From: Elusimicrobiota bacterium
GTDB taxonomy: Bacteria > Elusimicrobiota > Elusimicrobia > F11
Assembly: GCA_046153645.1 (NCBI GenBank)
Contig: JBJXGI010000090.1
Coordinates: forward strand, 1 to 27,225
Length of the DNA: 27,225 bases
Direction of reading: 5' to 3'
Positions within the stretch are counted from its first letter, which is position 1. Every line of letters begins with the position of its first letter. Below the pieces are notes generated by a model, which had not been told where the DNA came from, did no database searches, and worked only from the letters and a program-made list of their open reading frames with translations. The translations under genes and the position numbers were made by a program. Shown piece by piece: positions 1 to 9,716 of the stretch.

Positions 1-834
1 CGTGTTTGTTTTGGGGTCTAAACGTGAAACATATGTTTTCTCAAAAGCGTTTAAGCCCAATCCACTCCTTTGACCAATGGTATAAAACGCGATTCCTTTG
101 TGTTCACCAATAACTTGCCCCTGGTCATTTTTAATTTGTCCCGGCTGAGTGGTTGAGGGGAGAGAAGAGCCTTTTTCCTCTAAACGAATTTTAATGAAAC
201 TTCTGTAATCTTTTTTGGGGACAAAGCATATTTCTTGACTATCCTTTTTATCAGCATTGGGCATCCCAAATTCTCTAGCTAACTCTCTTACCTTTATTTT
301 TTCCGCTCCACCTATCGGGAAAAAAGTTGAGCTGAGGCCTTTTTGATCAAAATTGTATAAGACATAAGATTGGTCCTTTGAAGAATCGACAGATTCAAAT
401 AATCGGTATTTCTTTAGGTTTTCAGAAAGAGGGGATGATTCAATTCGAGCGTAATGCCCTGTAGCCACATGGGTTGCACCTAATGATTCCGCAAATTTTT
501 TAAGTTTATCGAACTTGATATGTTTATTACAGGCTAAACAAGGATTGGGAGTTTCACCACTTAAGTAAGAATCAACGAAGTAATCGATAACCTTGGTCTC
601 AAACTCAGGGGAATAATCTAGAACATAATGTGGGATTCCGGATTTCTCTGCGCTGCGTTTAGCCAAATAAATATCTTCTGGCGCTCCACAACAGCCAAAA
701 CCTTCACCCCCATTGGGAAGGAGTCGCATCGTAACCCCAATAACATCATGACCTTCTTTGGCAAGAAGAGCAGCGGCGACAGAGGAATCTACACCTCCTG
801 ACATCGCAACGATAATTTTTAGTTTTTCAGACAT
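1..834 (-). CDS. mnmA: tRNA-specific 2-thiouridylase MnmA (5' part; runs off window start)
   Basis: Not in the ORF track; read by hand from ATG at 834: MSEKLKIIVAMSGGVDSSVAA (PP-loop SGGxDS), GETPNPCLACNKHIK, ATGHYAR, KDQSY, DSQEICF, YTIGQRSG. Confidence 0.96.
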   Translation of the reverse strand, partial: MSEKLKIIVAMSGGVDSSVAAALLAKEGHDVIGVTMRLLPNGGEGFGCCGAPEDIYLAKRSAEKSGIPHYVLDYSPEFETKVIDYFVDSYLSGETPNPCLACNKHIKFDKLKKFAESLGATHVATGHYARIESSPLSENLKKYRLFESVDSSKDQSYVLYNFDQKGLSSTFFPIGGAEKIKVRELAREFGMPNADKKDSQEICFVPKKDYRSFIKIRLEEKGSSLPSTTQPGQIKNDQGQVIGEHKGIAFYTIGQRSGLGLNAFEKTYVSRLDPKTNT

Positions 835-868
835 ATTTTCTGAGGGTTTAAGTAAAAGTAGCTCATTA

Positions 869-1240
869 TCACATTTTTTTTAAGTTTTTGAGAGCAGATT
901 GAAGAGCTTCAATTGTTAGCTCTGGACAATGCATCTTAATAGCAGGAAGGCCGCCTAGTTGCTTGACCAAGAAATCCGGGGTCATTGCCGTTGCCTCTTC
1001 AACTGTTTTTCCTTTTAATAATTCGGTTAATAAAGAACCAGAAGCAATAGCAGCTCCACAGCCCATGGTTTTATAGGTGGCTTTAGAAATTTTCCCTTTT
1101 TCAATTAAAAGGTAGAGCGTTAATATATCTCCACAAATGGGACTTGCACCCATCCCGAAAGCGGTTGCATTAGGCATTTCCTGCAAATTTCTAGGGTTTT
1201 GAAAATGATCTAACACGATATTATTATACATGGAACTCAT
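869..1240 (-). CDS. iscU: Fe-S scaffold IscU/NifU-N family
   Basis: DHFQNPRN, three Cys (PICGD, GCGAAIAS, KMHC), LPAIK variant of the LPPVK motif, no SufU-type insertion; ATGA overlap with iscS. Confidence 0.92.
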   Translation of the reverse strand: MSSMYNNIVLDHFQNPRNLQEMPNATAFGMGASPICGDILTLYLLIEKGKISKATYKTMGCGAAIASGSLLTELLKGKTVEEATAMTPDFLVKQLGGLPAIKMHCPELTIEALQSALKNLKKM

Positions 1241-2400
1241 AAACCCTTTTTCCAGAGGGGGTGGTTTTCTCGCAATTTAGTGATGGTTTCCGTAATAATT
1301 TTAACTGCTTCTCGAATTTGCTCTTCGGTCGTCTGATGGCCAAGTGAAAACCGTAAAGAAGCGTGGGCTTGTTCTTTTTCAAGACCTATGGCCAACAACA
1401 CGTGAGAGGGATCAACACTTCCCGCAGCACAGGCACTGCCACTGGAACAGGCAATTCCTTTTAGATCTAAGGCCATGAGAGCTGTTGAGCTTTCGGTAAA
1501 AGGGAAACAGATGTTTGAGGTATTACAAATTCTTTGGTTTTTATCACCATTAACAAAACTCAAAGGGATTGATTTGAGCAGTAAATCTTCAAATAAATCT
1601 CTTAACCATGAAATTCTGGCAGCTTCGGCAGATAAATTCTCACTTACAATCTCTGCCGCAGCACCCATTCCGACAATTCCGGGAACATTTTCTGTTCCAC
1701 CGCGCCGGTTCTTTTCTTGTTTTCCGCCCTCAATTAAACTATGAACACGGGTTCCTTTTTTAATATAGAGAATTCCAACCCCTTTAGGTCCTCCAAATTT
1801 ATGACCAGAAAGAGAGAGGAAATCAGCCCCTAACTCTTTTACACGAATTTGTTTTTTTCCAGCTAATTGAATGGCATCTACAAGGAAAGGAACTTGTTTT
1901 TTTTGACAAATTTCAGCAATTTCAGCAATAGGTTGAATGGTTCCCAGTTCATTATTGGCAGCCATGATACAAACAAGGGCTGTATCTGGTGTGATGGCAT
2001 CGTCAACATGATCAGGACCAATAATTCCATTGCGCTCTACAGGCACAATAACATTGTCTATTTTTTCTTCTTCGGCGAGATGTTTTAAGACAGTTCGAAC
2101 AGCAGAATGTTCAATCGCAGAAGACACAATACGTTTCCCTTTTTTACTAGAAGCCAAGGCGCCCTTTATGGCCATATTATTGGCTTCTGTTCCACCGGAG
2201 GTAAAAATAATTTCGTCCGGAGAATCGGCTCCGATAAATTGGGCTAACTGAGCGCGAGCATCTTCTACGGCTTTCCGAGCTTTTTGACCCAATTGGTGAA
2301 CACTAGAGGCGTTTGCAAAATCCTCTTGAAAATAAGGGAGTATCTTTTCCATTACTTTGGGATGAACCGGAGTTGAGGCGTTGTAATCGAGATAAATCAT
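1237..2400 (-). CDS. iscS: Group I cysteine desulfurase IscS/NifS
   Basis: IYLDYNASTP, FTSGGTEANN, PLP lysine SGHKFGGPKG, catalytic SSGSAC motif. Confidence 0.95.
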   Translation of the reverse strand: MIYLDYNASTPVHPKVMEKILPYFQEDFANASSVHQLGQKARKAVEDARAQLAQFIGADSPDEIIFTSGGTEANNMAIKGALASSKKGKRIVSSAIEHSAVRTVLKHLAEEEKIDNVIVPVERNGIIGPDHVDDAITPDTALVCIMAANNELGTIQPIAEIAEICQKKQVPFLVDAIQLAGKKQIRVKELGADFLSLSGHKFGGPKGVGILYIKKGTRVHSLIEGGKQEKNRRGGTENVPGIVGMGAAAEIVSENLSAEAARISWLRDLFEDLLLKSIPLSFVNGDKNQRICNTSNICFPFTESSTALMALDLKGIACSSGSACAAGSVDPSHVLLAIGLEKEQAHASLRFSLGHQTTEEQIREAVKIITETITKLRENHPLWKKGL

Positions 2401-2409
2401 TATTTAAGT

Positions 2410-2805
2410 TTATATGAGCCCCAACATCATTTGGGCAACTTCTGAAGAATGTGTTCTGGGATCCCATTTAGGGGACCATACGGTATTGATTTTAACTTCT
2501 TTCACATTAGGAAGTCGACTGATAATGGTATGGGTCTGACCTAATAATTGAGGCCCATAGGGGCAAGCAGGGGAAGTGAGAGTCATATCAACGCTGATCT
2601 TTCCAATCGATTCATCTCGGTTAATTTTATAAACAAGACCTAAATCAACAATATTTATGTGCAATTCAGGATCTTCTACTGCCATTAATACATTGGTGAT
2701 TTCCTGTTCGCTTGGAAGTGCTTTAGAATTTTGAACCATTTGATTTAAATTTTCTTCTAATTTCTGAGATAGTTCTTCTTTGTGTGATTCGATTTCTGAG
2801 TTCAT
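2410..2805 (-). CDS. sufT: SufT / DUF59 Fe-S maturation protein
   Basis: DPELHINIVDLGLV and MTLTSPACP motifs, VWSPKWD; acidic N-terminal extension. Confidence 0.9.
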   Translation of the reverse strand: MNSEIESHKEELSQKLEENLNQMVQNSKALPSEQEITNVLMAVEDPELHINIVDLGLVYKINRDESIGKISVDMTLTSPACPYGPQLLGQTHTIISRLPNVKEVKINTVWSPKWDPRTHSSEVAQMMLGLI

Positions 2806-2851
2806 AGATTTTCCTTTTTATCGCCATCCGTTCTTTTTATGGATGACCGTG

Positions 2852-3337
2852 TTATATTTTTAAATATGAATTGATCGCTTCTTTTAGTGTATTAACAGAT
2901 AAAACCGCGCATTTTACTCGAACAGGGTACTTTTTTACACCTTCCAGAGAAATTAAATCGCCTAAATCATCTTCACTTATTTTTGAATCTAAATTTTTAT
3001 TTCCTTCTTTAATGCCAAACATATTTTTAAAAAGGCGCGAAAGCTCTGAAACATCGGTCAGGTTTTTTCCTCTCACGGCTTGAGTGAGCATGGAGGCCGC
3101 CGACTGAGAAATAGCACACCCGTGTCCTTCAAATTTAATATCAATAATTTTATCGTTTTCTATTTTGGCCGATAGGGTGAGTTGATCACCACAGAGGGGG
3201 TTCATTCCTTCTGCAACAGCATTGGCATTTTCAATGGATCCACGGTTTTTGGGAGATTTAAAGTGGTCGAGAATAACTTCTCTATAAAGTTCTTCAACTC
3301 CACCTGAAATTCCACCTTCTAGTTTTCCTTGGCTCAT
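2852..3337 (-). CDS. sufU: SufU sulfur-transfer protein
   Basis: LYREVILDHFKSPKN, NPLCGD, GCAISQSAAS, RVKCA, with the SufU-type insertion between the 2nd and 3rd Cys; ATGA overlap with sufS. Confidence 0.92.
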   Translation of the reverse strand: MSQGKLEGGISGGVEELYREVILDHFKSPKNRGSIENANAVAEGMNPLCGDQLTLSAKIENDKIIDIKFEGHGCAISQSAASMLTQAVRGKNLTDVSELSRLFKNMFGIKEGNKNLDSKISEDDLGDLISLEGVKKYPVRVKCAVLSVNTLKEAINSYLKI

Positions 3338-4581
3338 CTTGCGCTTGCTCCTGTTAAACCAAAAACTTTATTTACTTTTTCTAAACCTTTTACCAATGCA
3401 TCAATTTCTTCTTTTGTGTTATAGAGATAAAAACTGGCTCTGGCGGTTGATGAAATTTTTAAGGCTTTCATAAGTGGTTGGGCACAATGATGTCCGACTC
3501 GAATAGCAATGCCTTCTTCACCTAAAATAGTTCCCACGTCATGAGCATGAACAACTTTATGATTAAAAGAAAGCGCACCAGATTGTGTTTCAGGGTTTAA
3601 CGTTCCATAAAGTTGAAGATCAGGAAATTGGGATAATTTATTTATCGCATATTGTAACAACTCTTTTTCATGTTCTCGAATAGCATTCATTCCAACTTTA
3701 TTTAAGTATTCAATTGATTTTGAAAACGCAGCAACGTCAGCGAAGTTCGGCGTTCCGGCTTCAAACTTATAAGGAAGGTCGGCCCATGTTGTTTTTTCGA
3801 TGGAAACAGCATTAATCATTTCTCCACCACCCAAAAAAGGGTCCATTTGTTCGAGAATTTCTGGGCGAACCCACAAAACGCCAACGCCGGTCGGTCCCAA
3901 CATTTTGTGCGCAGAAAAAGCAAAGAAGTCCGCATTCATTTCAGTTATATTCGTTGGCAAATGGGGGACAGACTGAGCGCCGTCAATGAGAACTTTTGAA
4001 CCATTTGCATGAGCCAGTTTAATTATTTTATCTATCGGGTTAATGGTTCCCAACACATTTGAAACGGAGGTAACAGCAACCAATTTAACTTGAGGTGTTA
4101 AAAGTTTTTGAAATAGTTCAAGATTGAGCGTAAAATCGTCATTCAAAGAGACTGTTTTAAGTTTGATGTTCTTTTCTTTGGCTAATATATACCAAGGAAC
4201 AAAATTGGCATGATGTTCCATGTCAGAAATTAGAATTTCATCGCCTTCTTTAAGAAATTTTCTAGCCCAAGAATAGGCAACAAGATTGATGGATTCAGTT
4301 GTATTACGGGTGAAAATAACGTTTTCAGAAGTCAAAGAACCAATGAACTTTGAAACATTCTTTCGAGCGTCTTCATAAAGTTGCGTGGCTTCTTCAGCTA
4401 AAGCATACACACCTCTATGAATATTTGCATTAGATTCTCGGTAAAACCGACTTAACTCATCAATAACCGAATTAGGTTTTTGAGTTGTGGCAGCGCTGTC
4501 CAAATAGATAAGAGGCTTCCCAGAAAATGTCCTTTTGAGAATAGGGAAATCTTGCCGAAATTTTTGCGGGTCAAATGTCAT
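3334..4581 (-). CDS. sufS: Group II cysteine desulfurase SufS
   Basis: YLDSAATTQKP, EHHAN, SAHKMLGPTG, FEAGTP, catalytic RVGHHCAQP. Confidence 0.96.
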   Translation of the reverse strand: MTFDPQKFRQDFPILKRTFSGKPLIYLDSAATTQKPNSVIDELSRFYRESNANIHRGVYALAEEATQLYEDARKNVSKFIGSLTSENVIFTRNTTESINLVAYSWARKFLKEGDEILISDMEHHANFVPWYILAKEKNIKLKTVSLNDDFTLNLELFQKLLTPQVKLVAVTSVSNVLGTINPIDKIIKLAHANGSKVLIDGAQSVPHLPTNITEMNADFFAFSAHKMLGPTGVGVLWVRPEILEQMDPFLGGGEMINAVSIEKTTWADLPYKFEAGTPNFADVAAFSKSIEYLNKVGMNAIREHEKELLQYAINKLSQFPDLQLYGTLNPETQSGALSFNHKVVHAHDVGTILGEEGIAIRVGHHCAQPLMKALKISSTARASFYLYNTKEEIDALVKGLEKVNKVFGLTGASAR

Positions 4582-4894
4582 GGGAAAGTTTGATAAAAAT
4601 ATTTTCGCCTTCGACTTTTACTTCATGTGTTTTAACGGAACGAACGGCGGGGGGGGTGAGTGCTTTTCCGGTCTTGATCGAAAACCGGGCCCCATGAAGG
4701 GGACAGGAGACTTCGTCACCTTCCTCTATATCACCGCCGGAAATAAGAGATTCAGCGTGGGTACAACGATCATCAAAAGAGTAAAAAGCGCCAACAGCGT
4801 GAGCCACACATATATATCGATCTCCAACCTTAATTCCAGTGGCACGTCCTTCAGGAAAATCTTTTTTTACGCCTACTTTTATAAACTCACTCAT
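4571..4894 (-). CDS. Rieske-type [2Fe-2S] ferredoxin of suf operon
   Basis: CTH...CPLHG ligand motifs, 107 aa; overlaps sufD (ATGA) and sufS. Confidence 0.92.
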   Translation of the reverse strand: MSEFIKVGVKKDFPEGRATGIKVGDRYICVAHAVGAFYSFDDRCTHAESLISGGDIEEGDEVSCPLHGARFSIKTGKALTPPAVRSVKTHEVKVEGENIFIKLSHDI

Positions 4895-6243
4895 GATTTC
4901 TTCAGTTTTTCCTCAATAAATGACCTTAAACGCTCTTGAACAATCAGAGACGGAACTTCCGCAATAACAGGTTCAAAAAAGCCCTCAACAATAAGATCTT
5001 CGGCGGCATTGATGGACATTCCCCGAGTCTGGAGATAAAACTTCATATCATCATCCACAGGACCAACAGCAGCTCCATGAGAGCATTTTACATCATCGGC
5101 TAATATTTCTAAGTTGGGGATGGCATCGGCTTTGGCATCTTTTGATAACAATAAAGCCTTCGAAGACTGAAACGCGTCTGATTGTTGCCCGTCTTTATTT
5201 ATATATACCATTCCTGAGAAAAAGGATCGACTATGACCTTTGAGGGCACCTCGATATTGAATGTCACTGGTGGTCTTAGGAGCCGTATGGTTTTGCGTAA
5301 TCCAATTTTCAAAATATTGATCTTTATCACCAAATAACACGCCAAGAATTTTATTTTCAGCCCCTTTTTCTCCTAGCTGTAAATTGGTTTCGTTTCGGAA
5401 AGCTTTTCCTCCAACTGAAACTGCAATTTCATTGTATCGACTAAAGGCCCCTTGAATAACTTCATGAAACTGAAAATGAGAGGTTGAAGAATTCCAATGT
5501 TCCAAAAAATAACAAGACGCTTTGGCATTTTCTTTTAAATGAATAAAAGTATAAGAAGAAATAAATTGTTCATTGGTGACATCATTGTTGCCAATTTGTT
5601 CTTCCCAAACATGAGCTTCGCCCGCTTCTTCGACAAATAAGAAGTTTAAAATGAAGTGAGCGCCCGGTTGAGCTCCTGTTGCGATATAAGTGTAAAAAGG
5701 AGTTTTTAGCGCCTGCCCTTTGGGGATAATAAGGCATGTGCCGGCATCTGCCAAACATAAATTTAATAAAAGTAGTTTATTTGACGTTGCCGAAGCAATG
5801 GCTTTTTCCCAAGCGTCTTTTACTAAGGTTTCTTTTTTAATGAAAGCCTCAGATAATGAAATCCAATGAATTTCTCTTTGTGTTACAATTTCTGGGATAT
5901 CAAAGACAAAACCTTGCGAAGCATCAAGGTAACAAGATGCTTGTGATGTCATGTTGCTTTCATTTTTCCCATAAGACCTAAATTCTGGGGTAAGGTCAGA
6001 GACTGAAGTGGCATTTCCATTAGACTGAGAAAAGAAATTCATTTTTTCTAAATTAATTTTATCCCATGGAACTCTTTTCCATTTTTCATCTTTGTTGGTT
6101 GGCCAGTTTAATTCCTCAAACATTTTCAAGGCGCGAAGTCTTAACTCTAAAACCCAGCCAGGTTCCTGACGATTTTTTGAAAATTGAGAAACAAACTCCT
6201 TATTGATGTTTTCAATAACGCACTTTTCAATTGATAAGTTCAT
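4891..6243 (-). CDS. sufD: Fe-S assembly protein SufD
   Basis: DEKWK, LLLSKDAKADAIPNLEILADDVKCSHGAAVG, FYLQTRG. Confidence 0.93.
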   Translation of the reverse strand: MNLSIEKCVIENINKEFVSQFSKNRQEPGWVLELRLRALKMFEELNWPTNKDEKWKRVPWDKINLEKMNFFSQSNGNATSVSDLTPEFRSYGKNESNMTSQASCYLDASQGFVFDIPEIVTQREIHWISLSEAFIKKETLVKDAWEKAIASATSNKLLLLNLCLADAGTCLIIPKGQALKTPFYTYIATGAQPGAHFILNFLFVEEAGEAHVWEEQIGNNDVTNEQFISSYTFIHLKENAKASCYFLEHWNSSTSHFQFHEVIQGAFSRYNEIAVSVGGKAFRNETNLQLGEKGAENKILGVLFGDKDQYFENWITQNHTAPKTTSDIQYRGALKGHSRSFFSGMVYINKDGQQSDAFQSSKALLLSKDAKADAIPNLEILADDVKCSHGAAVGPVDDDMKFYLQTRGMSINAAEDLIVEGFFEPVIAEVPSLIVQERLRSFIEEKLKKS

Positions 6244-6245
6244 GA

Positions 6246-7649
6246 TTATCCAATAGATCCTTCCATCTCAAGTTGAATGAGACGGTTAAGTTCGACAGCA
6301 TATTCCATGGGAAGTTCGCGGACAAAAGGCTCAATAAAACCATTAACAATCATCGATTGAGCATCATTTTCACTGAGGCCTCTGCTCATCAAATAAAACA
6401 TTTGTTCTTCGCCCACTTTAGAAACAGTGGCTTCATGTCCGACAGAAACATTTTTTTCATCAATTTCCATGGTTGGATAGGTATCGGATCTGGATTCAGG
6501 ATCCATTAATAAGGCGTCACATTTTACATTGGCCTTACAGCCTTCCGCCCCATTTTCTACTTTAAGCAGACCTCTGTAAGATGTTCGGCCTCCATCGCGA
6601 GAAATGGATTTAGAAAGAATGGTCGAAGTTGTATGAGGAGCAGCGTGTACAATTTTAGCTCCTGCATCTTGATGCTGCCCTTTTCCTGCATACGCGATAG
6701 AAAGAACTTCACCGCGCGCCCCTTTACCCATAAGGTAAACAGCAGGATATTTCATGGTTAATTTTGAACCGATATTTCCATCAATCCATTCTACCGCCGC
6801 ATCTTCATAGGCAACGGCACGTTTGGTGACTAAGTTATAAACATTATTGGACCAATTTTGAATGGTCGTATAACGAATTTTTGAACCAGGAAGCGCGACC
6901 AATTCAACCACAGCTGAATGAAGGGAATCACTCGAATACGTTGGAGCCGTACAACCTTCGATGTAATGGACGTCGCTTCCTTCATCAGTAATAATGAGTG
7001 TGCGTTCAAACTGTCCCATGTTTTCAGAATTAATTCGAAAATAAGCTTGAAGCGGAATTTCAACATGCACGTTTTTGGGAACGTAAATAAAACTACCTCC
7101 AGACCAAACAGCGGAGTTAAGAGCGGAGAACTTATTATCTTGAGTGGGAATAATTCGCCCAAAATATTTTTTGACAATATCAGGAAACTGTTTAACCGCA
7201 TCATCCATACCAAGAAAAAGAACGCCTTGCTTCTCAAGGTCTTCACGGATGGAATGATAAACAATTTCAGATTCGTATTGAGCGGTGACTCCAGCCAAGA
7301 ATTTCCTTTCGGCTTCAGGAATTCCGAGTTTTTCAAAAGTTTGTTTCACTTTTTCTGGCACTTCATTCCAATCTTTTTCAGATTTATCTGAAGGGCGCAC
7401 ATAATAATGAATATTTTGAAAGTCTAATTCAGCGAGTAATTCCTTATTACCCCAGTTTGGCATGGGTTTGGAGTTAAAAATATCGAAGGCTTGAAGTCTA
7501 AATTTCCGCATCCATTCTGGTTCATTTTTTATCGCAGAAATAGCTTCCACTACTTTTTTAGTTAAACCTTTTTCAGATTTAAACACATTAATAATATCGT
7601 CATGAAAACCGTATTTATAATCTTTTGGGGCCAATTGTTCTTTATTCAT
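6246..7649 (-). CDS. sufB: Fe-S assembly protein SufB
   Basis: [46 protein letters not shown]; no intein. Confidence 0.97.
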   Translation of the reverse strand: MNKEQLAPKDYKYGFHDDIINVFKSEKGLTKKVVEAISAIKNEPEWMRKFRLQAFDIFNSKPMPNWGNKELLAELDFQNIHYYVRPSDKSEKDWNEVPEKVKQTFEKLGIPEAERKFLAGVTAQYESEIVYHSIREDLEKQGVLFLGMDDAVKQFPDIVKKYFGRIIPTQDNKFSALNSAVWSGGSFIYVPKNVHVEIPLQAYFRINSENMGQFERTLIITDEGSDVHYIEGCTAPTYSSDSLHSAVVELVALPGSKIRYTTIQNWSNNVYNLVTKRAVAYEDAAVEWIDGNIGSKLTMKYPAVYLMGKGARGEVLSIAYAGKGQHQDAGAKIVHAAPHTTSTILSKSISRDGGRTSYRGLLKVENGAEGCKANVKCDALLMDPESRSDTYPTMEIDEKNVSVGHEATVSKVGEEQMFYLMSRGLSENDAQSMIVNGFIEPFVRELPMEYAVELNRLIQLEMEGSIG

Positions 7650-7661
7650 AATTTATTCCCT

Positions 7662-8432
7662 TTAAACAGATTTCGCAGCAGTTTGATTTTCTTTGAGAAC
7701 CCAGTCATAACCTTTACTTTCAAGCTCGAGCGCCAATTCTTTTCCACCAGATTTAATAATTTGGCCACCGGCGAGTACGTGGATGAAATCCGGTTCCACA
7801 TAATTCAACATTCGTTGATAGTGCGTAATAAGGAGTAGGGCTTTTTCGCTACCTCGAAAATTCTCTATTCCTGTTGAAACCACTTTGAGCGCGTCAATAT
7901 CTAAACCTGAATCTGTTTCATCTAAAATCGCCAAAGAGGGATTGAGAAGTGACAATTGAAGAATTTCGTGACGTTTCTTTTCTCCACCTGAAAAACCTTC
8001 ATTAATATATCGCCCCGAAAAACTATCACTTATACCGAGAGATTCCATTTTTTGTTTAAAAGCGTTCCTAAATTCGATGATGGGAACATCGGCTCCACGC
8101 ACTGCTTTTAAGCTCATTCTTAAAAACTTTGATACGGGAACACCAGGAATTGAAACAGGATATTGAAAGGCAAGGAAAATTCCTTTTCGAGCTCTTTCAT
8201 CGGTGGTAAGGTCGTTTAATTCTTCACCCTTGAAAAATATTGTTCCAGAAGTGATTTTATATTTGGGATGACCCATTAAAACGTTAGAAAGAGTTGATTT
8301 GCCAGACCCGTTGGGCCCCATAATCGCATGAACCTCACCCTTTTTAATTGTAAGGTTAACTCCTTTCAAAATTGGTTTGTTCTCGACTGAGGCATGCAGG
8401 TTCTCGATTTTGAGCAGTATGTTTTCGTCCAT
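7662..8432 (-). CDS. sufC: Fe-S assembly ATPase SufC
   Basis: [35 protein letters not shown]. Start moved from the track's 8603 to ATG 8432 ([12 protein letters not shown]), which has a GGAG SD and avoids a 155-nt overlap with the Rrf2 gene. Confidence 0.95.
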   Translation of the reverse strand: MDENILLKIENLHASVENKPILKGVNLTIKKGEVHAIMGPNGSGKSTLSNVLMGHPKYKITSGTIFFKGEELNDLTTDERARKGIFLAFQYPVSIPGVPVSKFLRMSLKAVRGADVPIIEFRNAFKQKMESLGISDSFSGRYINEGFSGGEKKRHEILQLSLLNPSLAILDETDSGLDIDALKVVSTGIENFRGSEKALLLITHYQRMLNYVEPDFIHVLAGGQIIKSGGKELALELESKGYDWVLKENQTAAKSV

Positions 8433-8448
8433 TGTTTTCTCCGTTTTT

Positions 8449-8913
8449 TTAAGCAATCCCTTGAACTTGCATGGGGATGTTGTTAAAAATTGATTTATTT
8501 CCTGATTGTAAAAGTGTAGCCAAAGTATTTTTATTAAGAATATCTTGGACGGCGCCGTCAATGTTTTGACAAAGTTGACTGCTTTCGCAGTGTCCATCTT
8601 CATGACAGTCCACCGCTCGGTTTTCGGGATGGGTACACATAATAGGATCTAAGGGACCTTCAAGCGCTGTAACAATATCGCCCATACTTACTTCTTCAGG
8701 TTTCTTTAAAAGTTTATATCCACCAAGGGGACCACGAATGGCTTCCACCACTCCGGCTTTGCGTAAAGTAGAGAAAATTTGTTCTAAAAAAGGGAGGGGA
8801 ATTTTTTGATCATCAGAAATATTCGACAACCGAATGGGGGTAACAACATTTTGCTGCGCTATATAAATAAGAGCTTTAATGGCATAGGTTGATTTGGTTG
8901 AAAGCTTAAGCAT
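8449..8913 (-). CDS. Rrf2-family (IscR-like) transcriptional regulator
   Basis: [35 protein letters not shown]-terminal Cys cluster C-x9-C-x5-C-x5-C. Confidence 0.92.
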   Translation of the reverse strand: MLKLSTKSTYAIKALIYIAQQNVVTPIRLSNISDDQKIPLPFLEQIFSTLRKAGVVEAIRGPLGGYKLLKKPEEVSMGDIVTALEGPLDPIMCTHPENRAVDCHEDGHCESSQLCQNIDGAVQDILNKNTLATLLQSGNKSIFNNIPMQVQGIA

Positions 8914-8919
8914 GCATTT

Positions 8920-8948
8920 AGATTATCATAGTTGACTAAATCAATCAA
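8920..8948 (-). promoter_or_regulatory. Putative sigma70 promoter of Fe-S operon (leaderless)
   Basis: Minus strand TTGATT-17 nt-TAATCT with extended TG, then 6 nt to ATG; no SD. Confidence 0.55.
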
Positions 8949-8952
8949 CAAT
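8928..8952. promoter_or_regulatory. Putative Rrf2/IscR type-1 operator
   Basis: ATAGTTGACTAAATCAATCAACAAT, an imperfect 25-bp palindrome matching the IscR type-1 consensus as I recall it (ATASYYGACTRWWWYAGTCRRSTAT) at 23/25 positions, 14 nt upstream of the Rrf2 start. Confidence 0.75.
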
Positions 8953-8990
8953 TATTAAGCGCCTCTGAAAAATTTACAAACATATGATAA

Positions 8991-9620
8991 TCAGTTATTT
9001 TCTTCTCTTTGGCGATGATTTATTGCCGTGGTTGAGTTGTAAACTTCTAATTGTTGTGAAAGTGTTTTGTGGCTTTGCCATAACACTTGCATTTGAGCGG
9101 CACGGTCGATTAAGTTTTGAAGCGCAAAATAACGAGACGCTTCGGGCCGTTTGATGGATTTGACTTTAAAATTATGAAGATCGTCGCCAATTTTAGCGAA
9201 GAAGGTGACAGTGAATTCGTCTAATTGTTCTTTTTTCGGCTCTGGAGCATCTACGGACTGGAATAATGCCTGCCTGTTTAATGATGCCCATAAATCGAGA
9301 TAATCTTCCGTAGACATGGACCCAATTTTTCTTAATTTAGAATTGGCGGTACTAAATCGAGGGTCGTATATACTGGTAAGTGTGGACACTTTACCATCAA
9401 CACAACTAATGATAACCCCGTAAGATTCGGCTTTTGAAAAACCACCCTCAGCGCGATAGGAAATTTGAGAATTTTGAATGAGTTGCTTTTTTATTACTTC
9501 AGGCATAGACCCCACTGAACTCTTTACGAGGGGCATTTCCCATACCGCAAAGGAATTCAAAGAAATACTCATCAGCAGTGAAAAAGTCAGTATTTTGGGC
9601 ACGTTGATTAGGGTTTTCAT
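8991..9620 (-). CDS. Hypothetical exported protein
   Basis: Long ORF; likely start ATG 9620 (MKTLINVPKILTFSLLMSISLNSFA, signal-peptide-like) with TATACT 5 nt upstream; no family recognised with confidence. Confidence 0.7.
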   Translation of the reverse strand: MKTLINVPKILTFSLLMSISLNSFAVWEMPLVKSSVGSMPEVIKKQLIQNSQISYRAEGGFSKAESYGVIISCVDGKVSTLTSIYDPRFSTANSKLRKIGSMSTEDYLDLWASLNRQALFQSVDAPEPKKEQLDEFTVTFFAKIGDDLHNFKVKSIKRPEASRYFALQNLIDRAAQMQVLWQSHKTLSQQLEVYNSTTAINHRQREENN

Positions 9621-9716
9621 AGTACAGTATATTATGCAACAACTTAACCAATTCATAAAATCAGACCGAGTTCTTAGCCATTTCTTTCATTCTTTATTAT
9701 CATCTGCCTACAACAC

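Noticed and set aside
2823..2847. Small hairpin between sufU and sufT as terminator
   Set aside because: Only about 7 bp with a large loop and no U-tract on the coding strand.
4649..4656. G8 homopolymer as a phase-variation tract
   Set aside because: Encodes the T-P-P of the ordinary LTPPA Rieske motif; frame intact.
1475..7838. Short plus-strand ORFs antisense to the suf/isc genes, and the alternative-frame ORF 6830-7336
   Set aside because: Shadow frames of well-supported genes; no motifs or SD.
8433..8603. 57-aa N-terminal extension of SufC in the ORF track
   Set aside because: Overlaps the Rrf2 gene; the ATG at 8432 has an SD and gives a normal SufC length.
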